Part shown: positions 62,007-64,000 of the stretch, one piece after another
Numbering within the stretch: the stretch's first letter is position 1
How the letters are laid out: each line of letters opens with the position of its first letter
Source: Brevinematales bacterium
GTDB taxonomy: Bacteria > Spirochaetota > Brevinematia > Brevinematales > GWF1-51-8
Assembly: GCA_013177895.1 (NCBI GenBank)
Contig: JABLXV010000008.1
Location: forward strand, 18,205 to 82,204
Length of the DNA: 64,000 bases
Direction of reading: 5' to 3'
Program-made: the position numbers and the translations under genes
The notes under the pieces: model-generated
The model's input: only the letters and a program-made list of their open reading frames with translations
The model's database searches: none
Told to the model about the DNA's origin: nothing

Positions 62007-62040
62007 AGAAACCCCGGCGGGCGTTTTATAGGACGGCGCT

Positions 62041-62802
62041 TTAATCCTCTCCGTTTATCTCCGAGATATAAACTTTTTCGCCGTTCTCAGGGTCGAGATG
62101 AAGCATGAGATACTCCATCTTTTTAGCGACCAGCTCGGGAGGTATCGGTTTCTCCAAATCGCGTTTGATGCGCAGGAAATATAAAAGACGTTCGCCCAAA
62201 CCCCGCCGTTTTAATACTTCGTTCCGCATATCGGTATTCATGATGCTTGGAGCGATGGATATTATTTTTACGGCGTTCTTATCCTTCATCTTTTCCTTTC
62301 CGACACATTTTGTAAAATAATCGATTGCGGCTTTCGCGGAAAAGTAACATGCCCAATCGGCGCGGGGTTCCCTGACTGTCGCGGTGATATTCAGGATCAT
62401 TTTTCGCCTGCCGAAATCCCGGCATAAATCGATGAATCTCGCCCCCAGCACCATGGGAGCCGCGATATTCACCTGAACGCTCTTTTGGATATCCGGGCTG
62501 CTTGCTTTTTCCACCGGACCCAGAGGCTGAATCACCCCCGCATTGTTGATAAGATAGATACCTTCCGCGTCTTGCTTGTTGATTTTTTGGAAAATCATAT
62601 TCATCAGGGTGTCGATTTGTAGAATATTATTCAGGTCGTAAAGAAGCCACTCGATTACACCGCCTTTTTCCTGAGCTTCGCGAATAAGAGCATCATCGCG
62701 GGTACGTGAGATACAAAAGATGGTGTTTTCCGGTTTTGCGAGAACCTTCACCAGCGCCGCGCCAAGACCCCTCGATGCCCCGGAAATAATAAAATATCTC
62801 AA
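62041..62802 (-). CDS. short-chain dehydrogenase/reductase (SDR)
   Basis: The cofactor motif is ISGASRGLGAA, NNAG is present, and the catalytic YxxxK is in CYFSAKAA. Confidence 0.85.
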   Translation of the reverse strand: MRYFIISGASRGLGAALVKVLAKPENTIFCISRTRDDALIREAQEKGGVIEWLLYDLNNILQIDTLMNMIFQKINKQDAEGIYLINNAGVIQPLGPVEKASSPDIQKSVQVNIAAPMVLGARFIDLCRDFGRRKMILNITATVREPRADWACYFSAKAAIDYFTKCVGKEKMKDKNAVKIISIAPSIMNTDMRNEVLKRRGLGERLLYFLRIKRDLEKPIPPELVAKKMEYLMLHLDPENGEKVYISEINGED

Positions 62803-62855
62803 TGCGCCTCCAACAGATAGTCGTTCTGAAAAACGGTGATTATTTTTTGGCGGGA

Positions 62856-63230
62856 TTATTTTCCGTTGTTGACGAAGCCCGTCGTGCGCTCGAAAAACGC
62901 GACGCCCTCGTCGACGGTGTCCACGAATTTCATAATCCGGTCGACGTTCGCGACCGAAAATACACGCTTGACATGCGGCTGATTGCAGATGACGCAGACT
63001 AAAGTCTCTTTTTTCATAGCGTTGGTAGCGAGGCGGATGATAACACCAATACCGGACGAATCAATATAACTAATCTCGTCGAGGTCGACGATGAAACGGT
63101 AGATTCCCAATTTTAAATAAGCCATCACTTCTTTCTGAAAGATGTCGAAATCTTCGTCAAAAATACTTAATTCGCCGGAGAGGGTGCATATAACAAGAGC
63201 CTCGCTAAGAACAGCAATTTTTATTTTCAA
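62856..63230 (-). CDS. STAS-domain anti-sigma-factor antagonist (SpoIIAA/RsbV-like)
   Basis: The conserved phosphorylatable-Ser context is ISYIDSSGIGVII. The protein is 124 aa. Confidence 0.8.
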   Translation of the reverse strand: MKIKIAVLSEALVICTLSGELSIFDEDFDIFQKEVMAYLKLGIYRFIVDLDEISYIDSSGIGVIIRLATNAMKKETLVCVICNQPHVKRVFSVANVDRIMKFVDTVDEGVAFFERTTGFVNNGK

Positions 63231-63247
63231 AGCGGTCTCCGGAACAG

Positions 63248-63703
63248 TTATACGGATACGTTTAAAATCTGGTCGTCGAAGCCGGAAAGTTTCTTCTTCA
63301 TATAGGTGACATTTCCGCTTTTCCCGTCGTAACGGATATTAAACTCGTCCATGATCTTGCTGATCATATATATCCCGCGTTTACGCATCTGGAAACGGTC
63401 GATTTTCTCGGGCGGTTCCAACGGCGCCTTGATCGCGGGCCCGTTATCCTTAATCTGTATCTCGAGGACTTTATCTTTCTTCTCGTCGCTGCCGGTAACG
63501 ATCAGTTTTATATCGATAGGGATGTCTTTTTTCCAATGATAGGAATGCTGGAGAATATTCAGGATTGCCTCGTGAATACAAAAATGAATCTCATGAGCGA
63601 CCATATCCTGATCGCTGGTGATACGTGTCAGTATTTCGAGTAATTCCCGTTCGAACTGGACGATTTCGTCCTCGGTTCCAGATACTTTGAAATTGAAAAT
63701 CAT
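63248..63703 (-). CDS. anti-sigma regulatory factor, HATPase-type Ser kinase (RsbW/SpoIIAB-like)
   Basis: The N-box is HEAILNILQHS, the D-box is IKDNGPA, and ..KRGIYMISKI.. is present. The protein is 151 aa. Confidence 0.75.
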   Translation of the reverse strand: MIFNFKVSGTEDEIVQFERELLEILTRITSDQDMVAHEIHFCIHEAILNILQHSYHWKKDIPIDIKLIVTGSDEKKDKVLEIQIKDNGPAIKAPLEPPEKIDRFQMRKRGIYMISKIMDEFNIRYDGKSGNVTYMKKKLSGFDDQILNVSV

Positions 63704-63907
63704 TTCCTTTCTCCTAAGCGCTTCTCAGAGAAGAGAAAAACCCCATTCAATATCATATCAAAGTTTTCATTGAAACACAAAGAAAACGATGAAATATTTT
63801 TAAAAATTTTCATATAAAAATAAAAATTACGGAGTTTGCGGTAACCGTTATTTTTATATATAATAATGCAAAAAAATATTTCGTCAAGCATTATTTTGGA
63901 GGGGAAG

Positions 63908-64000
63908 ATGGAAGTTAAGAAAAAAAAGTACCTTTTTGTTACCGGAGGCGTATGTTCGTCGCTGGGTAAGGGAATCGCGGCCTCCACGCTTGGCGCATTA
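63908..64000 (+). CDS. pyrG: CTP synthase, 5' end only (runs off the window)
   Basis: The translation MEVKKKKYLFVTGGVCSSLGKGIAASTLGAL matches the invariant PyrG N-terminus (..FVTGGV.SSLGKGI.A.S.G..). Confidence 0.85.
   Translation, partial: MEVKKKKYLFVTGGVCSSLGKGIAASTLGAL

Overview
This 64-kb chromosomal window comes from an unidentified, probably uncultivated, diderm bacterium. Coding DNA is GC-rich and intergenic DNA is AT-rich. I call about 60 protein genes and one tRNA-Val(UAC). I found no rRNA, no CRISPR array, and no recognisable transposase, integrase or phage gene. Housekeeping genes are clear: mgtE, metF, pyrC, rpe, fmt, def, mnmA, der, asd, coaD, lysC, acyP and the pyrG 5' end. They are interleaved with an unusually high number of secreted proteins and lipoproteins. 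A spiro-SPASM-like protein hints at Spirochaetota, but that assignment is inference only. The observations most worth a second look are these. (1) A tandem array of six divergent paralogous ~145-aa lipoproteins (57.6-60.5 kb), with four more distant relatives scattered through 30.8-35.6 kb; I recognise no family. (2) A ~1-kb strongly AT-rich two-gene islet (36.5-37.5 kb) encoding a 62-aa protein and a 221-aa membrane protein, with its own consensus promoter. (3) A ~160-185-nt MITE-like palindromic element in four copies, plus a family of 20-nt motifs placed right after stop codons. (4) A duplicated CAP-domain secreted-protein gene pair with conserved promoters, a 92-nt near-identical conversion-like tract, and a 1-nt frameshift in copy 2. 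(5) An AT-rich ankyrin gene next to tRNA-Val. (6) A Cys-less radical-SAM-like/SPASM protein beside a permuted methyltransferase-like protein with a degenerate motif IV. (7) A four-gene secreted alpha-glucan cluster (lipoprotein GH13 plus CBM9-like proteins). All functional calls come from motif recognition by eye. No database search was run.
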